A DNA stretch of 64,000 nt from positions 2,334 to 66,333 of the forward strand of contig JBHPDI010000001.1 of NCBI GenBank assembly GCA_042577985.1, in the 5' to 3' direction. This document shows positions 11,459-21,796 of the stretch, in pieces. The position numbers and the translations under genes are program-made. The notes below the pieces were generated by a model that saw only the letters and a list, made by a program, of their open reading frames with translations, was not told where the DNA came from and did not search any database. This DNA is from Halobacteriota archaeon. GTDB lineage: Archaea; Halobacteriota; UBA148. Each line of letters opens with the position of its first letter. The stretch's first letter is position 1.

Positions 11459-11787
11459 TTTTTCTTTATCTCCCTCAGACTTTTGCCAAAATTAACAATT
11501 AATGTGAAACTCCCAATTACTGCTAAAATGCCAAAGACATCAAACCAGAAAGTTCCTTTTAGATAATCATCAAAAAAAATTATCGGGAACAGAAGGAAGA
11601 AACCAATCCATATTAATTTGCCAGGTTCTATTCTTTTTGCAACTTTACTTTCAAAAAACGATGCTACAAGAAATCCCAATATGGAACCAACCACAAGCCA
11701 CAAGGATATCTCATTTTTCATAAATCCAACTATAATTCCTATGAGTGCTCCGAACAAAAAATATATCCAAAAATTTTTATGTTTCAT
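11455..11787 (-). CDS. Small hypothetical membrane protein (4 predicted TM segments)
   Basis: Probable start MKHKNF at 11787; alternating hydrophobic helices. Confidence 0.7.
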   Translation of the reverse strand: MKHKNFWIYFLFGALIGIIVGFMKNEISLWLVVGSILGFLVASFFESKVAKRIEPGKLIWIGFFLLFPIIFFDDYLKGTFWFDVFGILAVIGSFTLIVNFGKSLREIKKK

Positions 11788-11889
11788 AGTATATGCTATA
11801 TAAATTGAATTTATATTTAAATCTTTGTGATTGGAACTTAAACACAACTCTGCGGACGCAGGTTTCCAGAACTTCGTAACTGGAAACGA

Positions 11890-11986
11890 ATATAACAGGA
11901 ATTTAACGGTTCAGAAACCTTGCAGGGTTTTTCCACCCAAATTACAACCTTCGGTCGTGACTTCGTATATCCGCGAGAAGTTAAAT
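11890..11986 (+). other. attC-like recombination-site element (integron gene-cassette type), candidate
   Basis: R''-like ATATAAC (11890-11896) and R'-like GTTAAAT (11980-11986) enclose an imperfect palindrome with two internal hairpins; degenerate partner at 11098-11137. Confidence 0.5.
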
Positions 11987-12115
11987 TCAATTGAACCTAA
12001 TATCCTTAATGTTCTTTGGGATTTTAGAATTCTTCGCTCTATTACCATCAAAACAAGTAACTTGAATGCATTTCAGACATAATGCTTAAGATGTCTTGTG
12101 TAAAAGGATGTCATC

Positions 12116-13120
12116 ATGATAGGAATGGTCCTTTGCGGTGGTCATGGCAAACGTCTTCGACCTTTTACGTCCGAGATGCCAAAATCACTTATCGAAATCA
12201 AGGAAGGATATACAATTCTGGATAATCAGCTATTATGCTTCTTATCTGCCGGAATCGATCAAGTTGTTTTGTTGACAGGTTATCTGAGCGAAAAAATCAT
12301 CGAGAGGTACGGTTCAGAATACAAAGGGGTGAAAATCGATTACATCGTAGAGGACGAACCTCTTGGAACCCTGAATGCCATAAAAATGGGTCTTGCCTCT
12401 GTGGAAGATGATGTGGTGATTATGAACGGTGATGTCGTTGCAGATCTAAATTTGAAAAAGATGATCACTACTTTTCAAAATTCCGAATTCATTGCAACTA
12501 TGTTCGTCACGAAAATGAAGAGCCCTTACGGAGTAGTAGTTCTTGGTGAGAATAATATCCAGTCTTTCAGGGAGAAGCCCTTTTTAAATCACTACATAAA
12601 TGGCGGCATATATTGTTTTAAAAAAGGTTGTTCTTCATACTTTGATGAATTTGAAATTGGCGATATAGAGAAAACTATATTTCCAATACTGGCGGATTCA
12701 GGCAAACTTGGTTATTATAAAGAAGACGACATGTTTTGGATATCTCTTGATACGACAAAGGACATAGAGGAGGCAAAAAAAGAGTATTCCAATAGAAAAG
12801 ACAAGCCATGGGGTTACGAGAAGATTCTAATCTCTACTGATAAGTATTTGACCAAGGAATTGTTCATTAAAGAAGGTTATAAAACATCATATCATTATCA
12901 CGAGCAAAAGGACGAAACCATGTTTATAATGGCTGGCTCAGGTTACATTAAATTTGAGGATAGAAAAGAGCGCTTTGGTCGGAACGATGCTATTCGAATA
13001 AAACCAAATACATCTCACACAATAGTAGCTTCGGAGAACACAATAATTCATGAGGTATCCACTCCAGATTTAGAGGATACTGTCAGGTTAAAGGATTTTT
13101 ACATTAGGTGGAATACATGA
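12116..13120 (+). CDS. Sugar-phosphate nucleotidyltransferase with C-terminal cupin (PMI type II-like) domain
   Basis: [15 protein letters not shown] motif; C-terminal KPWG...[11 protein letters not shown]...H cupin. Confidence 0.85.
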   Translation: MIGMVLCGGHGKRLRPFTSEMPKSLIEIKEGYTILDNQLLCFLSAGIDQVVLLTGYLSEKIIERYGSEYKGVKIDYIVEDEPLGTLNAIKMGLASVEDDVVIMNGDVVADLNLKKMITTFQNSEFIATMFVTKMKSPYGVVVLGENNIQSFREKPFLNHYINGGIYCFKKGCSSYFDEFEIGDIEKTIFPILADSGKLGYYKEDDMFWISLDTTKDIEEAKKEYSNRKDKPWGYEKILISTDKYLTKELFIKEGYKTSYHYHEQKDETMFIMAGSGYIKFEDRKERFGRNDAIRIKPNTSHTIVASENTIIHEVSTPDLEDTVRLKDFYIRWNT

Positions 13121-14418
13121 AAAGAATATCTGTTATCGGAATGGGCTTTGTCGGCTTAGTTAGTGCAGCTTGCTTTGCCAATAAAGGTTTTGAAGTCATA
13201 GCATCCACCCATGACCCCCAGAAAGTCGAACAGATAAATGAAGGTAAGGCGCCTTTTTATGAGAAGGACCTGAACCATATTTTGGTGGAGTCTGTGAAAA
13301 AAGGTAATTTAAAGGCTATTGTAGGGAGAAAAGAAGCAATTATCAACTCTGATATCACGTTCATTGCTGTTGGAACGCCCAGTAAAAAAGACGGAGGCAT
13401 TGATCTTGGGTTTATCAAATCTTCTGCTAAAGAAATAGGAAAAGTTCTAAAGGATAAAGACCACCATCTATTTGTAGTAAAAAGCACCGTAGCCCCGGGT
13501 ACAACGGAAGAAATTGTCAAACCGATTATAGAAAAATATTCTGGTAAAAAAGTAGGATCAGACTTTGGGCTATGCATGAGCCCAGAGTTTTTGCGAGAAG
13601 GTAATGCAGTCTATGACACTATACACCCAGATCGAATTGTCATAGGTGAGAGCGATAAATCTGCAGGAGATACTCTGGAAGAATTCTATCGAGAGTTCTA
13701 TGGCGAGAATTGTTCTCCAATTCTAAGGATGAGCCTTGTCTCAGCAGAGATGGTCAAATACACCTCTAATGCACTTCTCTCCACAAAGATTTCCTTCGCA
13801 AATGAGATTGGCAACATCTGTAAAGAGTTTGGCATCGATGCCTATGAGGTCATGCGTGCCGTCGGTATGGATCACAGACTATCACCGCACTTCTTACGAG
13901 CAGGTGTTGGCTTTGGTGGTAGTTGCTTTCCAAAGGATGTGAAAGCGCTCATACATAAAGCAAAGGAAATTGGTTACGATCCGAATCTTCTAAAGGCCGT
14001 GATGAATGTTAATGAGGGGCAGCCGAAAAGAATGGTTAAACTTCTCGAAAAAAAGCTTCCGTCCTTAGAAGGCAAGAAGGTTGCTGTGTTGGGTCTTGCC
14101 TTTAAGAACGACACTGATGATATACGAGAGTCTAGAGCGATTCCAATAATAAAAATGTTGATGGATAAGAATGCCATAGTTTCTGCCTATGATCCTTTGG
14201 CGAACGAGAACATGCGCCCCATCTTTCCTGACGTCAAGTACTGTACTAGCGCTGAGGAGGCGCTCATAAACGCTGATGCTTGTTTGGTGGTTACAGAATG
14301 GGATGAGTTCAAAAAATTGAATCATGAATTTGACGTTATGGAAAAAAAAGTAGTCATCGATGGAAGGAAAGTCATCCTTCCCAGAGAGGACATAGATTAT
14401 GAAGGATTGTGTTGGTGA
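13117..14418 (+). CDS. ugd: UDP-glucose/GDP-mannose 6-dehydrogenase
   Basis: [41 protein letters not shown]. Confidence 0.93.
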   Translation: MKRISVIGMGFVGLVSAACFANKGFEVIASTHDPQKVEQINEGKAPFYEKDLNHILVESVKKGNLKAIVGRKEAIINSDITFIAVGTPSKKDGGIDLGFIKSSAKEIGKVLKDKDHHLFVVKSTVAPGTTEEIVKPIIEKYSGKKVGSDFGLCMSPEFLREGNAVYDTIHPDRIVIGESDKSAGDTLEEFYREFYGENCSPILRMSLVSAEMVKYTSNALLSTKISFANEIGNICKEFGIDAYEVMRAVGMDHRLSPHFLRAGVGFGGSCFPKDVKALIHKAKEIGYDPNLLKAVMNVNEGQPKRMVKLLEKKLPSLEGKKVAVLGLAFKNDTDDIRESRAIPIIKMLMDKNAIVSAYDPLANENMRPIFPDVKYCTSAEEALINADACLVVTEWDEFKKLNHEFDVMEKKVVIDGRKVILPREDIDYEGLCW

Positions 14419-15427
14419 TCAAATAAAAGTAATAGTTCCGGCCGCTGGTGTTGGCAAAAGACTATATCCTCATACACATACAAAACCAAAATCGATGGTT
14501 TCTGTGGCTGGCAAGCCGATCATCGGCCACATTCTCGATCGACTTATCGATATTCATGCTCAAGAACTAGTAATAGTCGTTGGATACATGAAAGACAAGA
14601 CCATCTCATACATCGATGAGAATTATTCCTCTTGTTTTGGAAAAATTTCATATGTTACTCAAGATAAACCACTTGGTTTGGGCCACTCCATATATGTCAC
14701 GAAGGATGTTATTGGTGACTCCCCCATAATGATAGCTCTTGGAGACATGATCTTCCAGGGAGGCTATGGAGAGTTTTTAGAGCGTCATGAAAAAAATGGT
14801 GAATGCTCAGGATCAATTGGTGTCAAAATTGTTGACATGCCGCAATACTATGGTGTTGTATACATAGATGATGAAGGAAAGATAATCAAACTGGAGGAAA
14901 AACCAAAGCTATCGACTTCTAATCTTGGCATCGCTGGCGTCTACATCATAGATGATACCCCCTTATTCTTTAAATCGCTAGACAAACTGATCGGCGATAA
15001 TCCCAAAAAAGAGGGAGAATATCAACTTACCGATGCCTTACAAATCATGGTAGATGCAGGTGCAATGCTAAAAAAGTTTCATGTGCATGACTGGTATGAT
15101 TGTGGTAGGGCGGATACTTTGTTGGAAGTAAATCGATTGCTCTTGGCCCAAGCCCCAATAAAGACAATACGCTCTACAAATTCCATCATAATTCAGCCAG
15201 TAGCTGTTGGAGATGGTGCGGAAATCATCAACTCCGTAATCGGTCCAGATGTGTCTATCGCTGACGATACAGTTGTCAAAAATTCTATCATTTCTGATAG
15301 TATTGTAGGCTCTGGTGCAAAGATAATGAATATGAATCTCCAGACCAGTATACTTGGGGACTCTGTAAATCTAGCCGGCAAACCAAATACGCTCAATATA
15401 GGGGACTCTTCAACAATAGAGTTCTAG
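14399..15427 (+). CDS. Sugar-1-phosphate nucleotidyltransferase (long form, LbH C-terminus); true start may be ATA at 14423
   Basis: PAAGVGKRLYPHT..KPK, EEKP, GEYQLTDAL, WYDCG. Confidence 0.88.
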   Translation: MKDCVGDQIKVIVPAAGVGKRLYPHTHTKPKSMVSVAGKPIIGHILDRLIDIHAQELVIVVGYMKDKTISYIDENYSSCFGKISYVTQDKPLGLGHSIYVTKDVIGDSPIMIALGDMIFQGGYGEFLERHEKNGECSGSIGVKIVDMPQYYGVVYIDDEGKIIKLEEKPKLSTSNLGIAGVYIIDDTPLFFKSLDKLIGDNPKKEGEYQLTDALQIMVDAGAMLKKFHVHDWYDCGRADTLLEVNRLLLAQAPIKTIRSTNSIIIQPVAVGDGAEIINSVIGPDVSIADDTVVKNSIISDSIVGSGAKIMNMNLQTSILGDSVNLAGKPNTLNIGDSSTIEF

Positions 15428-15525
15428 GTTTTGGTAACTCTTCAGGGCTTACTTCTAAAAATCTTTGGGTGTTAACTTCAAGGGCTTTTAATGTGCTAAT
15501 ATACCAAAGTAATATATGGTGGGAG

Positions 15526-15605
15526 TTTGCACCTAAAGTAGGGAAAAAGCCCGACTTTAGGGTCAAAAATCATACTTTAGGGTCAAAACGGACTTTAGGT
15601 GCAAA
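15526..15605. repeat. 80-bp element: perfect 14-bp inverted repeat enclosing two 15-bp direct repeats of a related motif
   Basis: TTTGCACCTAAAGT (15526-15539) / ACTTTAGGTGCAAA (15592-15605); ACTTTAGGGTCAAAA at 15554 and 15574. Confidence 0.85.
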
Positions 15606-15852
15606 GTCGTTCTTAGTTGCGCTAAAGAAGATTATAATATATTTTGAGTATTATCCAATCTAAAACTAATTGATTTGGATGTAGGGGGGAAAAGTCGTTT
15701 ATAGTACACATGATATAGTTGGGGGATACAATCTAAAATCGAGAGATTCAATTCATGCTGCATGAGTAATAGGAAAAATGTAATAAAAATTATGTAGTTG
15801 ACATTGATTTTTATAGGTGAAATGGATTAAGATTTTGAAACTTTGATAACAA

Positions 15853-16827
15853 GTGGTGAATAAGATGAAAACGGTACTTGTAACTGGTGGAGCAGGATTC
15901 ATAGGCTCGCATCTATGTGAAAAACTGCTGGTAGAAGGTAATAAAGTCCTTTGTCTTGATAATTTGTCTACTGGAAATGAGAACAATATTCAACACCTGC
16001 TGAGTGATGCTAGGTTCGATTACATAAAGCAAGATATAATCAAGCCATTGAAAATTACGGACAAAATCGACAATATTTTCCATCTGGCAAGTCCTGCTAG
16101 TCCAGTTGATTATCAACGATTGCCTATAGAGACATTGTTAACTGGCTCATCAGGCACTCATAATGCATTGGATTTTGCCAGAGAAAAAGGGGCAGTATTC
16201 TTGCTAGCATCAACATCTGAGGTTTATGGTGATCCAGGTATTCATCCACAGCGGGAAGATTATTGGGGCAACGTAAACCCAATCGGTTTAAGAAGTTGTT
16301 ATGACGAGGCCAAGAGGTTTGCCGAAGCTTTAACTATGGCTTATCATCGTAAACATGATATTGATGTGCGAATCGTTCGGATATTTAACACTTATGGGCA
16401 AAGGATGGGAAGGGACGACGGTAGAGCTATTCCTAACTTCATAACTCAGGCTATGGCCAATGAACCAATTACTGTATACGGTGACGGCTCTCAAACGAGA
16501 AGTTTTTGTTACATCTCTGACATGGTGGATGGAATATATAAGGCGATGATCTCAAACGGGATGAGAGGTGAAGTAGTAAATCTGGGCAATCCGGGTGAGA
16601 TAACAGTACTGGAATTGGCTGAGAGAATCAAGAGAATCACCAACTCACGTTCGAAGATTGTATTTAAGAAATTGCCCGAGGATGATCCAAAACAGAGGCG
16701 TCCAGATGCATCTAAGGCAAAAGAAATCTTGGGCTGGGAGCCTATGGTAGATCTAGAGGAAGGATTAGTTAGAACAATAATATGGTTTGAAGAAAATCTT
16801 GAAAAGGTTATATCAGGGCATTTATAA
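15853..16827 (+). CDS. uxs: UDP-glucuronate decarboxylase (UDP-xylose synthase family SDR)
   Basis: [54 protein letters not shown]. Confidence 0.92.
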   Translation: MVNKMKTVLVTGGAGFIGSHLCEKLLVEGNKVLCLDNLSTGNENNIQHLLSDARFDYIKQDIIKPLKITDKIDNIFHLASPASPVDYQRLPIETLLTGSSGTHNALDFAREKGAVFLLASTSEVYGDPGIHPQREDYWGNVNPIGLRSCYDEAKRFAEALTMAYHRKHDIDVRIVRIFNTYGQRMGRDDGRAIPNFITQAMANEPITVYGDGSQTRSFCYISDMVDGIYKAMISNGMRGEVVNLGNPGEITVLELAERIKRITNSRSKIVFKKLPEDDPKQRRPDASKAKEILGWEPMVDLEEGLVRTIIWFEENLEKVISGHL

Positions 16828-16873
16828 TGAGTAAGAACAAGAGCAGAAAACATACCTATAGTAAGGTAAAAAT

Positions 16874-17116
16874 ATGGTGGCGGTATCTTAAGCAAAAATT
16901 ACTTCTAAAGTTCAAATTAATTCCCCAAAGGATATCAGATAGAAATATAATCTGTATGAAGGCGATAACGTTCTTCTGACCCTAACAGAAGACGAAATCA
17001 TCATGAAACACGGAATAGGTATCATTAGATTGTTGTGGAGACTCATAAAAAAAGAGGTGGCTGTGGACAAAGCATTGTATTTCTTCAAAAAACTGCGGCA
17101 GGAACGGAGAATATAG
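16874..17116 (+). pseudogene. Degraded AbrB/MazE-type antitoxin
   Basis: Translates MVAVS*AKITSKVQINSPKDIR*KYNLYEGDNVLL..., an AbrB consensus with two in-frame stops. Confidence 0.75.
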
Positions 17117-17235
17117 ATGTTGTATACTGCGGATTATATGGTGGTGTTAGCATATTTTGTAGATAAGATGCCGGAAAATACTGAGAAAATTTTCAGGATT
17201 GTATAAGAAGAGTTGAAGATAAAGAAGGGATACTA
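17117..17235 (+). pseudogene. N-terminal remnant of a PIN/VapC toxin (candidate)
   Basis: MLYTADYMVVLAYFVDKMPENTEKIF..* directly after the AbrB remnant; resembles the first strand-helix of PIN domains. Confidence 0.5.
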
Positions 17236-17280
17236 AAATATTGGGTTGGCAAAAGGCAATATTCAAGATAAGAAAGGATA

Positions 17281-17319
17281 AATGGTGCTAAAGAATGGTG
17301 CTAAAGAATGGTGCTAAAG
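17281..17319 (+). repeat. 13-bp tandem repeat x3 (AATGGTGCTAAAG) ending 7 nt before the wzx start codon
   Basis: Exact copies at 17281, 17294 and 17307. Confidence 0.95.
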
Positions 17320-17326
17320 AGCGATA

Positions 17327-18886
17327 ATGGAAGAAACATATTCATACTTGAATGAATCACTGAAAAAGGTAGTAAAAGGCGCGGGATTCGGCTTTATAGG
17401 TGCAATTATAGGAAGAGTTTTTGGATATCTCACAAGAATAGTTTTAGCCAGATCCCTCGGCGCAGATTATTACGGTTTACTAAATCTCGGACTTGCGAGT
17501 TTTAGTATAGTGGCCGTTATTGCAGCTTTTGGGTTGGGAAGTGGAATCATAAGGTATGTTTCATATTATAAGGGCAAAGGAGAAGAAGGAAAAATCAAAG
17601 GCACAATCTATTCCGCTTTGAAAATAAATCTTCCAGTAGCTTTAGCTTTTACATATCTTCTATATTCAGGTTCAGATTGGCTCGCTATTCACATATTTCA
17701 CGACCCAACTCTTTCTTCCGTCTTAAAAATATTCTCTTTTGCCCTCCCCTTCTCAATTTTGGCTGAGAACTTTATTTCAGCAACGATAGGATTTCAATAT
17801 TTGAGATATAGGATTTATGTTCATGATGTCTCAGAAAATGCAATTAGGTTTATTGTGATTGCCATATTGCTTTCGTTAGGTTTTGGCCTATTAGGTGCAG
17901 CATGGGGTTGGTGCATATCGATCATGATAACACCTTTTTTAGCATTTTATTTCCTTGAAAAAAGAGTATTTTCAATTCTCAAAACAAAAACAAAGTCTTA
18001 CCCGTTGGGAAAAGAGCTTTTCTCTTTCTCCTGGCCTCTACTCCTCGGTAGCTTTTCAGGTTTGGTATTGGGATGGTCAGATACACTCATGCTTGGATAT
18101 TTTGCAACGTCTTCTGATGTGGGAATATACAATGCGGCTTTACCTACAGCCATGTTAGTACTAACAATCCCTAGTATCTTTGGGATTATTTTTATGCCAG
18201 TCGTCTCAGAACTCTTCTCTCGTGGAAGATATGACGATATTAGGGATATATACAGTATTGTGACGAAGTGGATACTTTCTTTAATCATACCTGCATTTCT
18301 TTTAATGGTCTTATTTGCTCCTTCTGTGCTAAGAATAATTTTTGGTACAGAATATGCTGGAGGAGCATCAGCTTTAGTACTATTAACCAGTGGATACCTA
18401 TTAGTTTCTTTATTTGGTCTAACTGCTTCAATACTTGAGGCATACGGTCGAACGAAGATAATAATGGGCTGCACGTTCTTTGCCGCAGCGTTAAATTTTA
18501 TTTTAAATCTATATTTAATTCCCATCTATGGAATAACAGGTGCAGCTCTTGCTACAGGGTCATCACTTGCTATTTTTGGTATTATTCAATTTTTATTCGT
18601 GTATCGAATAGCAAAAATGCAGCCTTTCCGATTCAACTATTTAAAACCAGTTCTCACATCTATTTTCGCTGTTTTAATCGTTTATGGAATAACAAAATAT
18701 TTCATGGAGGTAACGTTTTTTGGTTTGATTGGGATGCTATTTGCATTTATCGTTATTTACTTTTTCCTGCTTTTGCTTGTAAAAGGATTTGAGGAGGAAG
18801 ACCTGATGATAATGAGAACTATTGATGAAAAATTGGGAACAAAAACAGATTTACCTAGGAAAATAATCAAAATGTTCTTAAAATAG
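17327..18886 (+). CDS. wzx: Wzx/RfbX-type oligosaccharide flippase (MOP superfamily)
   Basis: ~14 TM segments; LARSLGADYYG, DTLMLGYF...VGIYNAA, LIPIYGITGAALAT. Confidence 0.9.
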   Translation: MEETYSYLNESLKKVVKGAGFGFIGAIIGRVFGYLTRIVLARSLGADYYGLLNLGLASFSIVAVIAAFGLGSGIIRYVSYYKGKGEEGKIKGTIYSALKINLPVALAFTYLLYSGSDWLAIHIFHDPTLSSVLKIFSFALPFSILAENFISATIGFQYLRYRIYVHDVSENAIRFIVIAILLSLGFGLLGAAWGWCISIMITPFLAFYFLEKRVFSILKTKTKSYPLGKELFSFSWPLLLGSFSGLVLGWSDTLMLGYFATSSDVGIYNAALPTAMLVLTIPSIFGIIFMPVVSELFSRGRYDDIRDIYSIVTKWILSLIIPAFLLMVLFAPSVLRIIFGTEYAGGASALVLLTSGYLLVSLFGLTASILEAYGRTKIIMGCTFFAAALNFILNLYLIPIYGITGAALATGSSLAIFGIIQFLFVYRIAKMQPFRFNYLKPVLTSIFAVLIVYGITKYFMEVTFFGLIGMLFAFIVIYFFLLLLVKGFEEEDLMIMRTIDEKLGTKTDLPRKIIKMFLK

Positions 18887-19005
18887 CTAAGTATATGGCT
18901 CTTAAAGTAGCTACATATACCTTTTTATAAATTGTATCTCTTTTTATAAATGAGAAATTTAGATTGGATATATCCTAAATATAAACCAAATAAGGTGATA
19001 GATTT

Positions 19006-20427
19006 ATGAAAATAGCATTAGTTAACGTATTGGACGTTCCAGAGGTACCTCCTATGGGACTGGCATATATCGCCACTTATCTAAGAGAATACGGGAGTTT
19101 TGAAAATACTAAAATAATAGATGCAAATGTAGAGAACGTTTGGGATGGAATTAAAATATATAAACCAGATGTCATTGCAATATCTTCCATGACAATTACC
19201 TATAGTACAGCGATAGAATTGGCAAAAAGAATTAAACAAGAGCAGGACGTTCCTTGTATAATTGGCGGCCCTCATATATCCACCTTACCCTCCTCTCTAT
19301 CTAAGGATTTTGATATGGGTGTTATTGGGGAAGGGGAACAAACAATACTTGAACTTATTCAGTTGTATGATAAAGATAAAGAGTTCAGAAAAGAGAAGTT
19401 AAAAGATATAGGGGGACTTGCCTATCACAATAATGGTAAAGTTAGCTTAACTAAAAAAAGGGATTTAATTCAGCCTTTAGATAAAATTCCTATTCCAGAT
19501 AGGAAATTTCTTGATCCGTCATACTTCAACGAAAAAAGAGTTTTTTTTACTGATAGAATTGGACGAGAAGCCCACATGCTCACTCTTAGGGGATGTCCAT
19601 ACCGTTGCATTTTTTGCTCTACTTCGGCGTTATGGCAAAATGTCACTAGGTACCATTCCGTAGAACACATATGTAGTGAAGTGAATGAACTTATTGATAA
19701 ATATAAAGTCAATGCTATCCAGATTTGGGATGATACTTTCACGATAAATAAAAAGAGATTACAAGAGATATCAGAGGCATTCAAAAAGGAGAAGATAAAC
19801 GAAAAAGTAGAATTTTCTTGCCAACCTAGAGCGAACTTAGTTGATGACAACCTATGTGAAATATTAAAAAACATAGGTGTTACTACAGTGAGCTTTGGCT
19901 TCGAGAGCGGAAGTGATAAAGTTCTTAATTATCTAAAAGCAGGATCGGTTACTGTTGAGCAAAATAAAACTGCTATAAAAACATGTAAAAAACACGGTCT
20001 CAATGTGTTTGGAAGCCTTATGTTTGGAAGTCCTGGTGAGACCTTAGAAGATATCAGACAAACATTAGATTTAATTGACTTCATGGGAGATAATTATGTG
20101 GACTTAATATGGGCTTTTATATCAACTCCATTTCCATCGACTGAATTCTGGGAAGTCGCTAAATCGCGGGGTAAAGTAAATGATGAAGAAATGGATTGGA
20201 ACACCCTAAGCCATAGCTATGCGAAAAATCCCTTTTTATTAGATGATTCTGTGGATAGAGCCGAATTTAAAAGGCTTTTTGAGGAAGCCAAACAAAGAAT
20301 CTATGTATCTTTTGAGAGAAAATATTGGCATCATTCCCTAGGCTGGATGCTAAAACAAGGCATAGTCAATCCAAAAAGAGGATTTGAGGTTTTACTAAAG
20401 ATTCTTAAATTAAAAACTAGTTATTAA
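19006..20427 (+). CDS. Cobalamin-binding radical SAM enzyme (class B methyltransferase-like)
   Basis: PPMGLAYIA, GGPH, GEGE B12 domain; RGCPYRCIFC; FGFESGS. Confidence 0.9.
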   Translation: MKIALVNVLDVPEVPPMGLAYIATYLREYGSFENTKIIDANVENVWDGIKIYKPDVIAISSMTITYSTAIELAKRIKQEQDVPCIIGGPHISTLPSSLSKDFDMGVIGEGEQTILELIQLYDKDKEFRKEKLKDIGGLAYHNNGKVSLTKKRDLIQPLDKIPIPDRKFLDPSYFNEKRVFFTDRIGREAHMLTLRGCPYRCIFCSTSALWQNVTRYHSVEHICSEVNELIDKYKVNAIQIWDDTFTINKKRLQEISEAFKKEKINEKVEFSCQPRANLVDDNLCEILKNIGVTTVSFGFESGSDKVLNYLKAGSVTVEQNKTAIKTCKKHGLNVFGSLMFGSPGETLEDIRQTLDLIDFMGDNYVDLIWAFISTPFPSTEFWEVAKSRGKVNDEEMDWNTLSHSYAKNPFLLDDSVDRAEFKRLFEEAKQRIYVSFERKYWHHSLGWMLKQGIVNPKRGFEVLLKILKLKTSY

Positions 20428-20448
20428 TTGAGCAAATTAGGTGATCAA

Positions 20449-21633
20449 ATGAAAATAGCAATTATCCGTGGACCCTACCTGAACAAGTTTGAAATGCAGA
20501 GCTTTGAGCCTATGCTCGATAGCTGCGATTTAACTGCATATTATTGCGAAGAGATGTGGCGAACCTCCGAAAGCGTAAAGGCTGTAGATATCCCAAAAAA
20601 GAAACTAAGGTCAATAGAGGGGGTAATGGGTCTTCAAGTGAGCAAATTTTTGAGATATCCTTTTGGTTTGGTAGGCTATAGACATCACATGATTGGCTTG
20701 GAGAATGAATTAAAATCTTATGATATCGCACATCCAGCAGAAACATATCATGCATTTTCATATCAATGTATCAAAGCAAAAAGGAAATATGGGACAAAAG
20801 TCGCAGTAACATGTTGGGAAAATATCCCATTTTTTAATGAAACCCCGAACTTGCGTGGATACGTTAAGGCTAATTACATAAAAAAACTAGTAAGAGACGA
20901 GGCAGATTTATTTATAGCGATAACAGAAAGAGCAAAAGAGGCATTGATTTATGAGGGCGTTCCAGATGAGAAAATAACCGTGATTCCTATCGGGATGGAT
21001 TTAGATAGATTTAAGCCTCGACCCAGAGACAAGGAAATCATCGGAAAATTGGGATTGAATGAAGACGACTTCATCATTTTGTTTGTTGGAGTTTTAAGCA
21101 TTTACAAAGGCGTTTACGAGCTAGTTTACGCAGCGAAGAGACTTCTTCTCGACAAAGATTTAGACTTCATCAAAGAGCATCTTAAATTCGTCCTTGTTGG
21201 TTTTGGGGAAGAAGAGCAGGGGATTAAAAAGCTGTTGAAGAATCTTGGAATTTTAGAGCATTTCGTTTTCGCAGGACATCAACCTTACATGCAGATTCAC
21301 AGGTTTTACAGTATTGCTGACATTTTCACGCTTCCGAGTAAGCCAATAAAGACTTGGCAAGAGCAGTTTGGGATGGTTTTTGTAGAGGCTATGGCTTCAG
21401 GCTTGCCCATAGTTTCCACTCTGAGTGGTTCAATACCCGAAGTTCTTGGAGATGCCGCAATGCTTATTCAACCAGCAGATGCATATTCGCTTTATCAAGG
21501 ATTGAAAGAAGTTATAATTGATGATGAACTAAGAGGGGGGCTAAGGCTAAAAGCAAGGAAAAGAGCAGAAGAAAATTTCAACCCACAAAAGATTTCAATC
21601 AGGATAAAAGAGGAGTATGAACGATTACTATGA
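20449..21633 (+). CDS. Glycosyltransferase family 4
   Basis: EQFGMVFVEAMASGLPIV motif; ATG follows GGTGA SD. Confidence 0.9.
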   Translation: MKIAIIRGPYLNKFEMQSFEPMLDSCDLTAYYCEEMWRTSESVKAVDIPKKKLRSIEGVMGLQVSKFLRYPFGLVGYRHHMIGLENELKSYDIAHPAETYHAFSYQCIKAKRKYGTKVAVTCWENIPFFNETPNLRGYVKANYIKKLVRDEADLFIAITERAKEALIYEGVPDEKITVIPIGMDLDRFKPRPRDKEIIGKLGLNEDDFIILFVGVLSIYKGVYELVYAAKRLLLDKDLDFIKEHLKFVLVGFGEEEQGIKKLLKNLGILEHFVFAGHQPYMQIHRFYSIADIFTLPSKPIKTWQEQFGMVFVEAMASGLPIVSTLSGSIPEVLGDAAMLIQPADAYSLYQGLKEVIIDDELRGGLRLKARKRAEENFNPQKISIRIKEEYERLL

Positions 21634-21796
21634 TGATCCCATACATCGGTTGATGATAAGGAAAAACACCAAATTCTATATAAGTTATATCTAAGTTATA
21701 TATTCCATATAAGTTGGATATTACTCTTAGGTATTACCCTACCTCTCAAGTAAAAAAATGTGTTGAAGATGTTTCGATAAAGATGAAGGATATTAA

